From: an uncultured delta proteobacterium | GTDB taxonomy: Bacteria > Desulfobacterota > Desulfobulbia > Desulfobulbales > Desulfocapsaceae | Length of the DNA: 64,000 nt | NCBI GenBank assembly: GCA_963728385.1 | Contig: CAVSJK010000002.1 | Coordinates: forward strand, 1,224,960-1,288,959 | Reading direction: 5' to 3' | Part shown: positions 19,087 through 28,280 of the stretch, in pieces | How positions within the stretch are numbered: the first letter of the stretch is position 1 | Layout: every line of letters begins with the position of its first letter | Program-made: the position numbers and the translations under genes | Notes under the pieces: generated by a model | The model's database searches: none | What the model saw: only the letters and a program-made list of their open reading frames with translations | What the model was told of the DNA's origin: nothing

Positions 19087-20937
19087 ATGAAAGATCTCCT
19101 CCGCTCCGTTTTTAATATCTTAAAATACACCGGTAGATTCTTCACCATTCTCAGAAATATTATCCTTAATCTGCTCCTTTTGGTAATTTTAATAGCAATA
19201 ATTATTTCTTTTGTTCCCAGCGAAAAAACAGTCGTTCCACCTGGTACATTACTCAGGCTGGATATTTCCGGCGATATTGTCGAGCAGAAAAAACCCTTCA
19301 GCTCCTTTGAAAAATTCTTTGAACAATCTCTTACACTTGATGTTCCCGGACCTGAAACCGCTCTACAGGATATCCTGGATGTTATAAATGGGGCGACAAA
19401 GGATAATCGTATCGCCGCATTGGTCCTCAATCTCAAAGATATGGGCCACGGCGGCATAAATCAGCTGGAAAGCATTGGACAAGCCCTCAATCGCTTCAAA
19501 GAAACCGGCAGAATTGTAGTAGCAGCAGAAGACTATTACACCCAATCGCAGTATTTTCTTGCCTCCTTTGCCAATAGAATCATGGTAAATCCAATGGGAG
19601 GAGTGGATATCCACGGCCTTGGAGTTTACCGACTCTATTTTAAGGACGCTGTTGAAAAACTTCAGATTAATTACCATGTTTTCAAAGTTGGAACGTATAA
19701 ATCCGCTCTTGAGCCTTTTACCCGCAATTCCATGTCACCTGCAGATCAGCAGCAAAATGAGTTATGGCTGTCTGCTCTCTGGCAGGTCTATACCGACGAA
19801 ATAACAAAACAACGAAATATTTCCCTGGATACTCTCCATCATTATACTGACGATATAGATAAAGCTCTTCAGTCAACAGGTGGGAATATCGCTCAGCTGG
19901 CACTTAAGACAGGCTTGATTGATCAGATTGCAACCAGGCAAGAAATTAATTCCTACCTCGGCTCCCTCACGCCAATACCGAGTACGTCGCCCCAATTCCT
20001 TCCGTCTGCTGCATATCTGAATTCCATTACACCCTCCTATATGGGAGATTCCTCTCAGAAGTCAAAGATAGGACTTATAATAGCAGAAGGGACCATTTTG
20101 CCAGGTAAACAGCGTGCAGGAATGATCGGCGGTGATACCGTCGCATCTCTGATCAAACAAGCTCGAGAAGATTCTGAAGTTAAGGCATTGGTTTTACGCA
20201 TCAACTCGGGTGGCGGCTCTGCCTTTGCGTCCGAAATAATTCGCCAGGAACTCCTTTCTTTCCAAAAAAGCGGCAAACCGGTAGTGGTATCGATGGGAAC
20301 CGTAACCGCATCAGGGGGCTACTGGATCGCCGCCGACGCCGACGAAATTTGGGCTTCACCTGCAACGATTACCGGTTCAATAGGCATCTTCGGCGCTATT
20401 CCCACCTTCGAGAAAACATTAGCTTCTCTCGGCATTTACCGTGATGGTATCGGCACCACTCCACTTGCAGCCGGCCTCGATCTTACCCAGCCTCTACCGG
20501 AACAGCTCAAGAGTGCTATCCAGCAGTCAATTATTTATAATTACGATCAATTTCTGGAGATTGTTGCTACCGGTAGACATCTTGAAAAAACAAAAGTTGC
20601 AGAACTCGCCCAGGGTCGGGTTTATGACGGAATGACAGCCAAGACTCTTGGCCTGGTTGACAAGCTTGGTTCTCTTGAGGATGCAATCGGGGCTGCAGCC
20701 GAACTGGCCAAGTTACCCACATTCACAACTGAATACATTCGACAGCCGTTATCGGTCAAGGAACAATTATTACAATTTTTTACCGATAGCAGCGCCTTTT
20801 TAAAGCAAACATCGATCATGCAAAATCCACTCGTCGTTCGACTGAAAAGCGTCCTGTTTGATCACCTGGATGAAGCCCTTATTTTTGATGATCCACATGG
20901 TATTTACGCACAGTGTCCGTTGCGTCTTATCTGGTAA
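19087..20937 (+). CDS. sppA: Signal peptide peptidase SppA, 67K type
   Basis: 616 aa. N-terminal TM helix and two S49 domains (VLRINSGGGSAFASE, TVTASGGYWIA). Confidence 0.9.
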   Translation: MKDLLRSVFNILKYTGRFFTILRNIILNLLLLVILIAIIISFVPSEKTVVPPGTLLRLDISGDIVEQKKPFSSFEKFFEQSLTLDVPGPETALQDILDVINGATKDNRIAALVLNLKDMGHGGINQLESIGQALNRFKETGRIVVAAEDYYTQSQYFLASFANRIMVNPMGGVDIHGLGVYRLYFKDAVEKLQINYHVFKVGTYKSALEPFTRNSMSPADQQQNELWLSALWQVYTDEITKQRNISLDTLHHYTDDIDKALQSTGGNIAQLALKTGLIDQIATRQEINSYLGSLTPIPSTSPQFLPSAAYLNSITPSYMGDSSQKSKIGLIIAEGTILPGKQRAGMIGGDTVASLIKQAREDSEVKALVLRINSGGGSAFASEIIRQELLSFQKSGKPVVVSMGTVTASGGYWIAADADEIWASPATITGSIGIFGAIPTFEKTLASLGIYRDGIGTTPLAAGLDLTQPLPEQLKSAIQQSIIYNYDQFLEIVATGRHLEKTKVAELAQGRVYDGMTAKTLGLVDKLGSLEDAIGAAAELAKLPTFTTEYIRQPLSVKEQLLQFFTDSSAFLKQTSIMQNPLVVRLKSVLFDHLDEALIFDDPHGIYAQCPLRLIW

Positions 20938-21010
20938 TCAAAAGAGACAAGGAACAGCCCTCTTTCGTATCAAGCTGTTCCTCCTACGCGAGATAATTTA
21001 TCGAAAAACA

Positions 21011-21070
21011 CGACAGGCAGGCCGCAGATAGGGGGGGGGCTAAAACCGCCCTTCTATGCTGGTGGACGCG
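21011..21070. repeat. Family-1 repeat, partial copy
   Basis: cgacaggcaggccgcagataGGGGGGGGGCtaaAACCGCCCttctatgctggtggacgcg lacks both 13-mer ends. It ends 2 nt from the PilZ gene stop. Confidence 0.6.
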
Positions 21071-21071
21071 T

Positions 21072-21419
21072 TTATATAGTGAATTCCACCCACTTCCATG
21101 GAGCATCCAGAATTTTAAATCCGAGCTGGATATCTTTTCCCTGGACCTTCCGCCAACAGGGTTTGGCCAGTAACTTGAAGTGTTTTCCTTCACCTGAAAG
21201 AACAACTACATATGTATGATTTTCCGCGGAAAATGATTCTGGCGGGTCATTGAGTTCAAACCCACCGGTTGAAATATTTCCCACAATAGCTTCGATTATT
21301 TTGTTACCATCGCCAAGAGTGCCCACGAATCCGGAAGTACCGGTTCGTGGGTATTTTCGTTTAATCTTAGTCGACTGTCGCCCGCGCCTCTCTTTATTTG
21401 AAATTTTCGCAGTAAGCAT
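21072..21419 (-). CDS. PilZ domain protein
   Basis: RRGRQ (RxxxR) and GNISTGG (D/NxSxxG) motifs. Start moved to ATG 21419, preceded by GGGGAG; the track start at 21431 is TTG. Confidence 0.7.
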   Translation of the reverse strand: MLTAKISNKERRGRQSTKIKRKYPRTGTSGFVGTLGDGNKIIEAIVGNISTGGFELNDPPESFSAENHTYVVVLSGEGKHFKLLAKPCWRKVQGKDIQLGFKILDAPWKWVEFTI

Positions 21420-21538
21420 AGTCTCCCCCAATCAAAAAATCATGTCGCAACATCGCGGTTCAAGCCTTTTGGGATCTCTGGCATCATGAACTCTTCTAAA
21501 GATCTAAAAATTATACTCTAACTAATCTCTTCAGTCTC

Positions 21539-24436
21539 TTATTTTTTGCCGAGAATAGGAGTCCTCTCAGTCTTCATCTTCTCATTCGGCTTGACTTTGG
21601 CAACAGCAGCACTCTCATTATCCAGATATTTTTTCGCCAGTTCGTTGAGTTCCTTCGTACTGATGGAAATATAATCACTAATTATTGTTCGCGGCCAGTC
21701 TAATTGCTGTGGATGTCTTGCCGAGAGTGAAAGCACTGAAGTCAACCAGTATTGGTTTGTCCGGATATGTTCTTTGAGAGCTGTTATTAACGGATCTTTG
21801 GCCCGAACCAACTCTTCAGTGGTTATGCCTTCTTTTTGCAGGTTATCACTAATTTTAAATATTTCTTTAATTACCATCTCTTCGGAATCCGGCTTAACAA
21901 CCATTTGCGTAATGAAATAGCCGTATCCTTGGTAGACCCGACTGCTGAAACTTGAAACATTCGGAGAGTAACTGGCAGCAATTTTTTGCCGGATGACCTT
22001 TCTCAACCTGTCAGAAAACACGTCTGCAAGCAAATTCAAACGCCTTGTCCGATGCACATCCCAGAAGTCATCGGTTGGCCAGGCTATGGTGATCAGTGCT
22101 TTATCGACAGAGGTATCGACCATTACAGACAGTCTTTTACCCTCCGGAAAGTGCACGGAAGGAGCTTCAGGTATCCGAGGAGGATTAAGGGTAAGACCTG
22201 AAAAATATTTTATCAGTGCAGAGACCACTTTATCCCGATCGAAATCCCCAACCACGGAAATTTCCAGGTCTTTCGGTTTGATGAGAGGCTTGACCCATTC
22301 GGACAATGTAGCATAATCCAGGTCGGCAATATCTTTCCAGGGAGGCAAGCCGAACCTGTTATTGTAATTTGCTAAAAATGGCTGCACCTCAAGCGGATAA
22401 GCGCCTTCTACTTCCTGCCTTATTTTCTCATACATCAAGCCAAGATTTGCCTTCACTGTTGTGAAGGCACTTTTTCGGAGTCCCGGATCGAGAAGAAGGG
22501 TATATAAAAGTTGACTAAACGGTTCAAAATCCTTCGCCAGCGCCGTACCTGTCCATGAAAAGGTCGACTCGTCAACACGAAAATACATATTTACTGAACT
22601 TCCGGCCATCAGGTTATCTATTTCCGATTCCGTGAGTTTGCCGCTTCCAGACTCATTTATAACGTCCTCGGCAAGCATCGCCTCTCCCGGAAGCTGTTCA
22701 TTCTGTTTCCCGGCGCCGAAGTTGGCACGAACCCTGATCCTATTGTCCTCAAAATGTGTTTTTTTCAAATTGACTATTAATCCATTGGGAAAGATCAGTC
22801 TTTCCACACCAATTTCCTTAAAATATTGTTTTTGGGGATTATCGTTTCCTTGAACAGGTTGAAGATAGGGAAAATTGTGCGAGCTATCATTACCCGTTGC
22901 CGCGACAGGCTGCCGAGAAGCGGTGTGGTATACCGATGCAATCTCCGCCTCACCATTCGCCCCCAGACGAACATCACCCGCCACAGAGATTAACTTGCTG
23001 TTTTGCTCCCAGCTCTTCCTAAAGTGCTCATTCACTTCGTCCGCTGAAACCTCTTTGGTAAGTGGTTCATAGAGGGCCTTTTCCTGTACAGCGGATTGAT
23101 ACACCCGGTTACTGTTTAATTGATCGATAATTCTGCCGGCTATGGTTCGGGAATCTTCCGAAGCAGCTGTTAAAACCCCGGCATCCAGTTGAGCAAGTAT
23201 TTCTTTTTTTGCCCGCTCAATTTCACTCTCTTTAAAACCGTAGGATATAGCCTGTCTCAGGATCTGTTCAAGAGAAGTCAAAGTTTCCTGCCAGTACTTC
23301 GCCTCAACCTGGGCGGAAAGCGCTCCATAGCCGATGCGATTGACAATATCTCCCGAGTTATAGCCTGCACTGGCAAAGGGTACTTTTCCTTCTTCCTGCA
23401 ATCGTTGCAATCTATAGTTAAAGGCCATTGAGCTTAGCATTCTAAGCAGTTCTCTCTTTTCCAGTAGAACGGAATCATTTTCAATAGGCAGATCCTGGAA
23501 GTTCTGAATGGAGACATTGGTTTTACCGAGATCCGGCTCGTAGTAGTAAAAGGTTTGGGTCCCTTTGAGGCTCAGCTCACCTAAATCAGGACAACGTGGT
23601 TTCGGCCCTGCCGATGAAAGTTTGGCAAAATGTTTTTCGATGAGACTTTTCATGAGTGTAACGTCAAAGTCACCTACAGCTACCAGGATCATATTATCCG
23701 GTCTGTACCATGCATCGTAAAAGGATTTGAGCAGATCCCGATTAGCATTCTCCAGTACTTTTTCCTTACCAATGGGCATTCTTTCGGGAAACTTTGTCCC
23801 GCGAAAAGCAAATTTGGCGCCGGCGACGTAGGTACGATAATCGGCGGAATCCCTCGTCCTTTTTTCTGCAAGGATGACTCCCCGTTCCTTGTCGATCGCC
23901 GTATCAAGAAGCAAAGCTCCCCTGGCGTAATCCGCCATGACAAGAAGTCCCGAATCGATATCTTGCTTGGAACCATTGGGCAGAAAAATATTGTAGATGG
24001 TCGCTTGGTGGGTTGTGTGGGCATTGGTATCACCGCCATAGCTCATCCCGAGTGATTGGAAATATTCGACCAGTCGGCCCTTGGGAAAATGTTTTGATCC
24101 GTCGAACATCATATGTTCTAGAAAATGTGCCACTCCTCGCTGCTGGTCATTCTCATCCAGAGAACCGGCCTGCACATCGAGATAGATTGCGACCCGGTTT
24201 TCCGGTTTATGGTTTTGCTTGAGAACGTATCGAAAACCATTGTCCAGCTTTCCGCGGACTAAAGATGAATCGGGAGCTATCCGGCTCAACTCAGAAGGCC
24301 AGGCCGTTGACAGACAGGTCGGAGTCTCCTGACTAGAAGAAAAACTTGTACCTTGGAAGCCGGTCAAGAAGGCAAGTAAGATAATTAAAGAAACTCTCTT
24401 AACAAATGGTTTATACTTCGAGTCGAATTGAAGCAC
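21539..24436 (-). CDS. Periplasmic M16 (insulinase/pitrilysin) family zinc peptidase, PqqL-like size
   Basis: 965 aa. Signal peptide. HFLEHMMF (HxxEH) zinc motif. Duplicated M16 active and inactive halves. GTG start with AAGGTG RBS. Confidence 0.88.
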   Translation of the reverse strand: MLQFDSKYKPFVKRVSLIILLAFLTGFQGTSFSSSQETPTCLSTAWPSELSRIAPDSSLVRGKLDNGFRYVLKQNHKPENRVAIYLDVQAGSLDENDQQRGVAHFLEHMMFDGSKHFPKGRLVEYFQSLGMSYGGDTNAHTTHQATIYNIFLPNGSKQDIDSGLLVMADYARGALLLDTAIDKERGVILAEKRTRDSADYRTYVAGAKFAFRGTKFPERMPIGKEKVLENANRDLLKSFYDAWYRPDNMILVAVGDFDVTLMKSLIEKHFAKLSSAGPKPRCPDLGELSLKGTQTFYYYEPDLGKTNVSIQNFQDLPIENDSVLLEKRELLRMLSSMAFNYRLQRLQEEGKVPFASAGYNSGDIVNRIGYGALSAQVEAKYWQETLTSLEQILRQAISYGFKESEIERAKKEILAQLDAGVLTAASEDSRTIAGRIIDQLNSNRVYQSAVQEKALYEPLTKEVSADEVNEHFRKSWEQNSKLISVAGDVRLGANGEAEIASVYHTASRQPVAATGNDSSHNFPYLQPVQGNDNPQKQYFKEIGVERLIFPNGLIVNLKKTHFEDNRIRVRANFGAGKQNEQLPGEAMLAEDVINESGSGKLTESEIDNLMAGSSVNMYFRVDESTFSWTGTALAKDFEPFSQLLYTLLLDPGLRKSAFTTVKANLGLMYEKIRQEVEGAYPLEVQPFLANYNNRFGLPPWKDIADLDYATLSEWVKPLIKPKDLEISVVGDFDRDKVVSALIKYFSGLTLNPPRIPEAPSVHFPEGKRLSVMVDTSVDKALITIAWPTDDFWDVHRTRRLNLLADVFSDRLRKVIRQKIAASYSPNVSSFSSRVYQGYGYFITQMVVKPDSEEMVIKEIFKISDNLQKEGITTEELVRAKDPLITALKEHIRTNQYWLTSVLSLSARHPQQLDWPRTIISDYISISTKELNELAKKYLDNESAAVAKVKPNEKMKTERTPILGKK

Positions 24437-24472
24437 ATGGTCACCTTGTAGTTAAAGCCGTTTGAAGAAAAC

Positions 24473-24679
24473 TTACTGACAATCAGCGGCTTTAGCCTTA
24501 ATCCATCCCAGACGAATGAAATATTGTTGTCCACAGTTCTGCCATTTTTCGCAGGCCTGACCCTTCTCTTTTATCGGATATGATTTTTTCTGATCTTTAT
24601 CCACACGACATATGCCTTTTTCCACGTTCTCCAGCCGGAAGTACTTACAACTCAAGCACATCTTTTTTACGCTATTCAT
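24473..24679 (-). CDS. Small cysteine-rich hypothetical protein (68 aa)
   Basis: ATG with AAGGA RBS. Six Cys, including CLSC. Sits 36 nt upstream of the M16 peptidase gene on the same strand. No family recognised. Confidence 0.4.
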   Translation of the reverse strand: MNSVKKMCLSCKYFRLENVEKGICRVDKDQKKSYPIKEKGQACEKWQNCGQQYFIRLGWIKAKAADCQ

Positions 24680-24698
24680 ATAAAATCCTTTTGCCGGT

Positions 24699-24873
24699 GT
24701 AAACGTTCACTAGCATCCCATATGCGCACGATCAGACCGCCGCGCATAGAAGGGCGGGTTTAGAACCGCCCCTACATTGCTCGTCGGCCTGTTGATGCGC
24801 TTTCTTTTGCACTGGTGAACGTTTACAGGTCTGGGGTTGTGCGAGCTTTTTGCTCTTTTCGGTGAACGGTTAT
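24699..24873. repeat. Family-1 mosaic repeat, composite (hairpin module plus short module)
   Basis: GTAAACGTTCACt...catagaaGGGCGGGTTtagAACCGCCCctacattgc...GGTGAACGTTTACaggtctggggttgtgcgagc...GGTGAACGGTTAt. Fills almost the whole gap between bioD and the small Cys-rich ORF. Confidence 0.85.
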
Positions 24874-24878
24874 TTTGT

Positions 24879-25583
24879 TTAAAAAAAATTCAATTTACAG
24901 ATATCAAAAAAATTCAATTTTTCCTCACCGTCTTGATAGTTCCGTAAAGAAAAAAGATCGATAACAGGACCGTTAAATCCATATTTTTTCATATAGTTAG
25001 CAAATATTTCCTTTGAATCTTCTGCTATCCTCGGATCAGTATTCTCGAATCGATTATAGATTGTAGCGACAACTTCGATATTTCTGGTCTTAGCCAATGC
25101 CAGGGCGGAGAGTGTGTGGTTTATTGAACCAAGCCTTGAACTGCTGACCAGGATGAGCGGATATTTTTCAACCTCAAAATAATCAATGAGTGTTTCTTCC
25201 TCGTTGAGCGGCACAAAAAGACCACCAGCTCCCTCAAGAAAGACCAGCTCAAACTGTTCGAGGAGCGTCGCCGTTGCCTTGCGTATAACATCGCTGTCTA
25301 TTCTTTGGCGCTCCAGTTTAGCGGCCAGATGTGGAGAACATGGCACAGGAAACACATAGGGACAGGTGAGACCTGAGTGATCAGCCTGCTGTAATTCGAT
25401 CCCCATAATCTGCCGATGCCTGATAATATCTTCACTCAGACCGGAACACCCCGTCTGCACAATTTTCTGGGTGATTGTCCTAATACCGTTTCTTAAACAA
25501 GATTCGGCTAAGAGCCCCGTAACTATGGTTTTGCCTACTCCGGTGTCAATTCCGGAAACGCAATATACTTTAGAGTTAGCCAT
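24879..25583 (-). CDS. bioD: Dethiobiotin synthase
   Basis: SGIDTGVGKTIVTG P-loop and bio operon context. Confidence 0.9.
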   Translation of the reverse strand: MANSKVYCVSGIDTGVGKTIVTGLLAESCLRNGIRTITQKIVQTGCSGLSEDIIRHRQIMGIELQQADHSGLTCPYVFPVPCSPHLAAKLERQRIDSDVIRKATATLLEQFELVFLEGAGGLFVPLNEEETLIDYFEVEKYPLILVSSSRLGSINHTLSALALAKTRNIEVVATIYNRFENTDPRIAEDSKEIFANYMKKYGFNGPVIDLFSLRNYQDGEEKLNFFDICKLNFF

Positions 25584-25596
25584 GTAATCTATTTAT

Positions 25597-26376
25597 TTAT
25601 CTCTTTATTGCGACCACAAAAGTCGATGCGTAGGTAACTGGGAGCCCTTTTTCCGTTGCAAAACGACTGCTGTATTGCTTGGCAAATTCCTTGTATTTCC
25701 CCGGTATCCATTTGCCGCGGCCGAGCCCGCCAACGCCGGTCTGTCGAATATGCTGCAGTACCGCCAGCACAGTTGGAAAGTATATCTCTCGTATGTCACT
25801 CCGCATTGAACGGATATCAAAGTTTCCCTGCAGCATTTCAGAAATTTTTTCCCTTGAATGATACTGCAGGCTCCGTCCGGTCAACGCACTGATTTCTTTC
25901 ATAGTCCCCGGCCCGAAGATAGAAAATATCAAATATCCATCATCCCGCAATACACCGTGAATCTTTCCGAACAGGGCCGGCAAATCAGCTATCCATTGAA
26001 AAGTGGCCGAGGAAATGATCAGATCCAGGTTTTTCGGTAAGATACATTGTTCTATGTCACCGACAAGACATTCAACCTTGCCAACATGCTCTGCAACACG
26101 TTCACTTGTTGTTTTGCAAAATTCCGGAACTATATCATTAACATACAAGGTATCAATCTTCTTGGTGGCAACGACCAGTTCAGTAAGTATCCCGGTACAG
26201 CAACCTATTTCGAGTACTTGTGATGGATTAAACGAATTACAACTTCGGAGAAAAGTAATGAGTTGCCGGCCGATTTCCTTCTGGACAAGAGCATTTTTTT
26301 CATAAGTAGCCTCACTCGCTTTAAAAGAATCAGCGATGAGTTGTTTGTCCAGTTCCTGTGGATTGGTTGTATTCAA
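25597..26376 (-). CDS. bioC: Malonyl-ACP O-methyltransferase
   Basis: SAM-MTase motif VLEIGCCTGILT. Positioned between bioG and bioD. The track start is TTG with no in-frame ATG nearby, so the start is uncertain. Confidence 0.8.
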   Translation of the reverse strand: MNTTNPQELDKQLIADSFKASEATYEKNALVQKEIGRQLITFLRSCNSFNPSQVLEIGCCTGILTELVVATKKIDTLYVNDIVPEFCKTTSERVAEHVGKVECLVGDIEQCILPKNLDLIISSATFQWIADLPALFGKIHGVLRDDGYLIFSIFGPGTMKEISALTGRSLQYHSREKISEMLQGNFDIRSMRSDIREIYFPTVLAVLQHIRQTGVGGLGRGKWIPGKYKEFAKQYSSRFATEKGLPVTYASTFVVAIKR

Positions 26377-26398
26377 AATACGGTACCCGGGAATGGCA

Positions 26399-27082
26399 TC
26401 AGCTCAGATGAACTGAGTCTGAAAAATCAAGCAGCTGATCCCAGCTTTGCCAAAGATTAAAGAGAAAATGAAATCCCGAGACCGGTATCACCGGCCTTCC
26501 CTGCCAGAAATCATATTGATTAGCAGAAGGAACAACCAAATCGGATTCTGAAATAATGATTGCCTGGTAAATCGATTCTTCGGCGGGCAGGCAATCAACC
26601 ATGTTTTGCAAGGCGGCCAATTCTTCACCTTGATCTTCTATGGTACGCTGCGGCTGTTTTGAAAGAAATAATCCGAGATTCACTTTATCCTTACACATTC
26701 TTCTGTAAAATTTATTACGCGCGCTCTCCCCATAACCAGCCAAGGTGGCTTCGAAAACTTTTTTTGGGATACCAAAGTTGTCATGAATCGGACAAAGAGT
26801 GCCGTTGATGGCTATGGATTTGTCAAAGAGATCTCTTTTATCTGCAAATAGTTTCTGACCAGCCCATACCCCCATCGACCAGCTTACCAGATGAACCTGC
26901 TCATATTTCTCAGAGATGGACTCGATGTCAGAAACAGTTGTCAGACGACGATAGTCGTAGAGCATATAAACATCATAAGCAACACTTGTAAGAGCGGCGA
27001 AAGGCAGACCATCCATTCCCCAGCCATTGCAGAAGATGATAAGGTTTTTACAACCTTTGTTGTGAAGCCATAATGCTTTCAT
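26399..27082 (-). CDS. bioG: Pimeloyl-ACP methyl ester esterase BioG (DUF452)
   Basis: LIIFCNGWG, LVSWSMGVWAG, AINGTLCPIHDNFGIPKKVF and RNKFYRRMCKDK closely parallel the Haemophilus-type BioG sequence as I remember it. Confidence 0.8.
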   Translation of the reverse strand: MKALWLHNKGCKNLIIFCNGWGMDGLPFAALTSVAYDVYMLYDYRRLTTVSDIESISEKYEQVHLVSWSMGVWAGQKLFADKRDLFDKSIAINGTLCPIHDNFGIPKKVFEATLAGYGESARNKFYRRMCKDKVNLGLFLSKQPQRTIEDQGEELAALQNMVDCLPAEESIYQAIIISESDLVVPSANQYDFWQGRPVIPVSGFHFLFNLWQSWDQLLDFSDSVHLS

Positions 27083-27095
27083 CTTGACTAAGAAA

Positions 27096-28280
27096 TCAGG
27101 CTGAAAATCGTTGCATCAGGTCTGCAATATCCTCGGCAACCCTGTCAATATCGGTCCAGACCATGTCCGCCGTAAGCGACAACCTGAATCGCGCCGTTCC
27201 TTCGGGGACAGCAGGCGGCCTAACCGGAAAAATAAGATATCCTCGTTCTTGCATGGCCTCGGCCAAAGATACGGCAATTTTATCATCTCCAAGCATAACC
27301 GGGACAATATTCGTTGACCCATCGGTCTCAAGGTTGTGTTGGACCAGATTCCGGCGCAGCTTTGACGACATCACCCGCAAGTCGGTTCTTCTGTCCGTAT
27401 ATAGTAGCATTTCTTTAAATATGAAATGGTTCCAGTTGAGGACAACTGGAGGCAGTGCCGTCGTGAAAATGAGCGATCGACTATGATTGACCAAATATTC
27501 CCGTAACGTGGCAGAGCAAAGGACAAAAGCACCCACCGAGGCGAGAGCCTTACCAAAGGTGCCGACCAGGAAATCAATTTCACCGAACTGCCCTTGCTCT
27601 TCAGCCATGCCAAGCCCATGGGAGCCGTATAGCCCTATGCTGTGAGCCTCGTCGACATACAGCATGCAATCATGCTCGTTTTTCAGACGAACGAGTTCAG
27701 AGAGATCGGCGACATCGCCATCCATGCTAAAAACGGATTCACTCACGATAATAACCTTTTGAAATTTCTTCCTATATTTAATCAACAGCTCAACAAGATG
27801 ATCATAATCGCAATGGCGATACCGTTTGTGCCGGGCCACGCTCAGTCGCATGCCATCCATGATGGAGGCATGGTTGAGCTTGTCCGAGAGAATGAGATCA
27901 TTTTTGCCGAGCAGTGCAGGCAGGATCCCGATATTGGCATGATATCCGGAATTAAACAGCAGGCATGCCTCTTTTTTATAGGTTTTCTTTAAGGTGTTTT
28001 CCAGATGATGTGAATTTTCGCTGTCACCGCTTAAAAGACGCGAAGAAGTGGAACCGAGCCCGAAATCGTCGAGGAGATTCTCTTCCGTCATGGTGCTGTA
28101 AAATTTTTGATGCAGAGCTCTATCGCCGGCCAGTCCCAGATAATCGTTGGAGGTAAGATTGAGCAGATTTCGCCCTTGGTAGACTATGTGACAACCATTT
28201 CGACCGCTCAGTGGTTTGAGCGTCCTGAGACGTCCCTCCGCACGCAATCTTTCAAGCGCATCTGCATAATACTTTGTCAT
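27096..28280 (-). CDS. bioF: 8-amino-7-oxononanoate synthase
   Basis: Class II PLP enzyme. GTFGKALASVG lysine motif. Start moved to ATG 28280 (MTKYYADALE), giving an ATGA overlap with the bioA stop. Confidence 0.9.
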   Translation of the reverse strand: MTKYYADALERLRAEGRLRTLKPLSGRNGCHIVYQGRNLLNLTSNDYLGLAGDRALHQKFYSTMTEENLLDDFGLGSTSSRLLSGDSENSHHLENTLKKTYKKEACLLFNSGYHANIGILPALLGKNDLILSDKLNHASIMDGMRLSVARHKRYRHCDYDHLVELLIKYRKKFQKVIIVSESVFSMDGDVADLSELVRLKNEHDCMLYVDEAHSIGLYGSHGLGMAEEQGQFGEIDFLVGTFGKALASVGAFVLCSATLREYLVNHSRSLIFTTALPPVVLNWNHFIFKEMLLYTDRRTDLRVMSSKLRRNLVQHNLETDGSTNIVPVMLGDDKIAVSLAEAMQERGYLIFPVRPPAVPEGTARFRLSLTADMVWTDIDRVAEDIADLMQRFSA

